The position numbers and the translations under genes are program-made. DNA of 64,000 bases, from the NCBI GenBank assembly GCA_964016885.1, contig OZ024741.1, positions 88,660,001-88,724,000 of the forward strand, written 5' to 3'. Source of the stretch: Eledone cirrhosa (taxonomy: Eukaryota). Below the pieces are notes generated by a model. That model was not told the origin of the DNA, searched no databases, and saw only the letters and a list, made by a program, of their open reading frames with translations. The first letter of the stretch is position 1. Each line of letters starts with the position of its first letter. This document shows, piece after piece, positions 62,694-64,000 of the stretch.

Positions 62694-64000
62694 TTGACCC
62701 TAGTACTGGACTGGTATGTTTTTTTATCAACCTTGAAAGGATGAAAGGCAAAGTTGATCTCAGTGGAATTTGAACTCAGAGAACACAGTGGGTAAAATAT
62801 TCCATCCCACATTGTAACAACTCTACCAATTCATCACTTTGTGTATATATATAAATGTAATTAACCCTTTTGATATCAACCTACCTAAAGCTGCCTTATT
62901 TTTATGATACAAATCTGCACATCTTAAAATGTTCATATATGATATTAAAACCTTCCATGATAATTTTATTAGTGTAAAATTTAGTTATTTTGTTTAAATT
63001 CCTCCAAATTTTTAATTATTTCTCAAATAAATTGAAACACATAGGCACTGCATTTCATTAGAAATATAGTAATAAAAGAGTTAAGTGACAGGACCAAATT
63101 TTCAACCTTCACTGAGGCCATTTTTGTTACAGTACATTTGGGAAAAGTAGTAACATCACATCCCTAACAAAAATGGGACACCAGGTGCTAAGTTAAAATA
63201 AACTAAAATGTATGTTTGTTACATCCAATCTCAACTATTGCTTTATGATTGTATGTGTGTGTGTACACTTTTACACTATCTGGTTGATAACATTAATATA
63301 TATATATATATATATATATACTCATACACAGACACACACCATCTTAAGCTTTTAATATATGAAAAGCTGGTTAATACTGAAGAGGGCTAAGAATTCTAAA
63401 TATAGACCATCTAAGGAAATGGTCTTTGCTCATGCTCCCTTGATGTCTGTCAACTATTGAAGATAAGAAGCCAGTTAAAGATTATATAATGAAGTCTGTC
63501 AATAAACTCCATATCTCTCACACACTTTACTTGCTCTCTAACACACATCTCTGTTTAGAATCAACAGTCGCTCTATTCCACACAAAGACCAGAAACTTAC
63601 CCCCCACCAAACTTGAAATGATCTTAAACTAATTTTCCAGATGATTTTACGCCACCTACCAACCAACCACCATCATAAAGATTCTGCTGATAGCTGTGGA
63701 ATTGATACAGATTCAGCTTATGTGTATGTTAAAGCAGGGGAATTAGTGCTATCTGTTGCAGGTTATTTATTTCACAGGGTTACTCTTGGGAATACTGATT
63801 CTGAGGCTTACATTTTTTTTATATAGGTGACATTTTATTTAATTGTTTATTTATGTCAGCTTAAAAAAAAAAAATCTTTCTCCAAGATTTGTAATAGTTC
63901 AAGTCTCAATACTGGAACAGAAAAGGCAGAATTACAATGCAAAATTCAAAGAGGAGCTGTGACATGATCACAACTTAAAATACTCACAGGGAAACTTATC

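Noticed and set aside
63590-63720. Strong minus-strand donor (gtaagt) with WRKII..RSFQV peptide, a candidate upstream TRIT1 exon
   Set aside because: In-frame stop shortly upstream and no LHP.D motif.

Overview
AT-rich, microsatellite-dense animal genomic DNA. The SINE/LINE repertoire looks like octopus (inference). The whole window lies inside a minus-strand TRIT1/Mod5/MiaA-family tRNA isopentenyltransferase gene. Two phase-compatible exons (45143-45285 and 885-996) are separated by a 44,146-bp intron. The introns are packed with mobile DNA: several RTE-clade LINEs whose single ORF has a C4HC3 PHD finger inserted in the RT region (one copy nearly intact), tRNA-derived SINEs, TTAA-flanked MITEs, a mariner MITE, two Helitrons, and hAT, pogo and Penelope-like remnants. 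Most interesting signals: (1) type I hammerhead ribozyme folds in short microsatellite-embedded segments. The candidate with a fully canonical core is antisense to the host gene, while the sense-strand copies are truncated or core-mutated. (2) Recurrent fold-back inverted duplications at (TA)n tracts and RTE junctions. (3) Two long inverted RTE copies flanking a single coding exon. All folds and alignments were done by eye.
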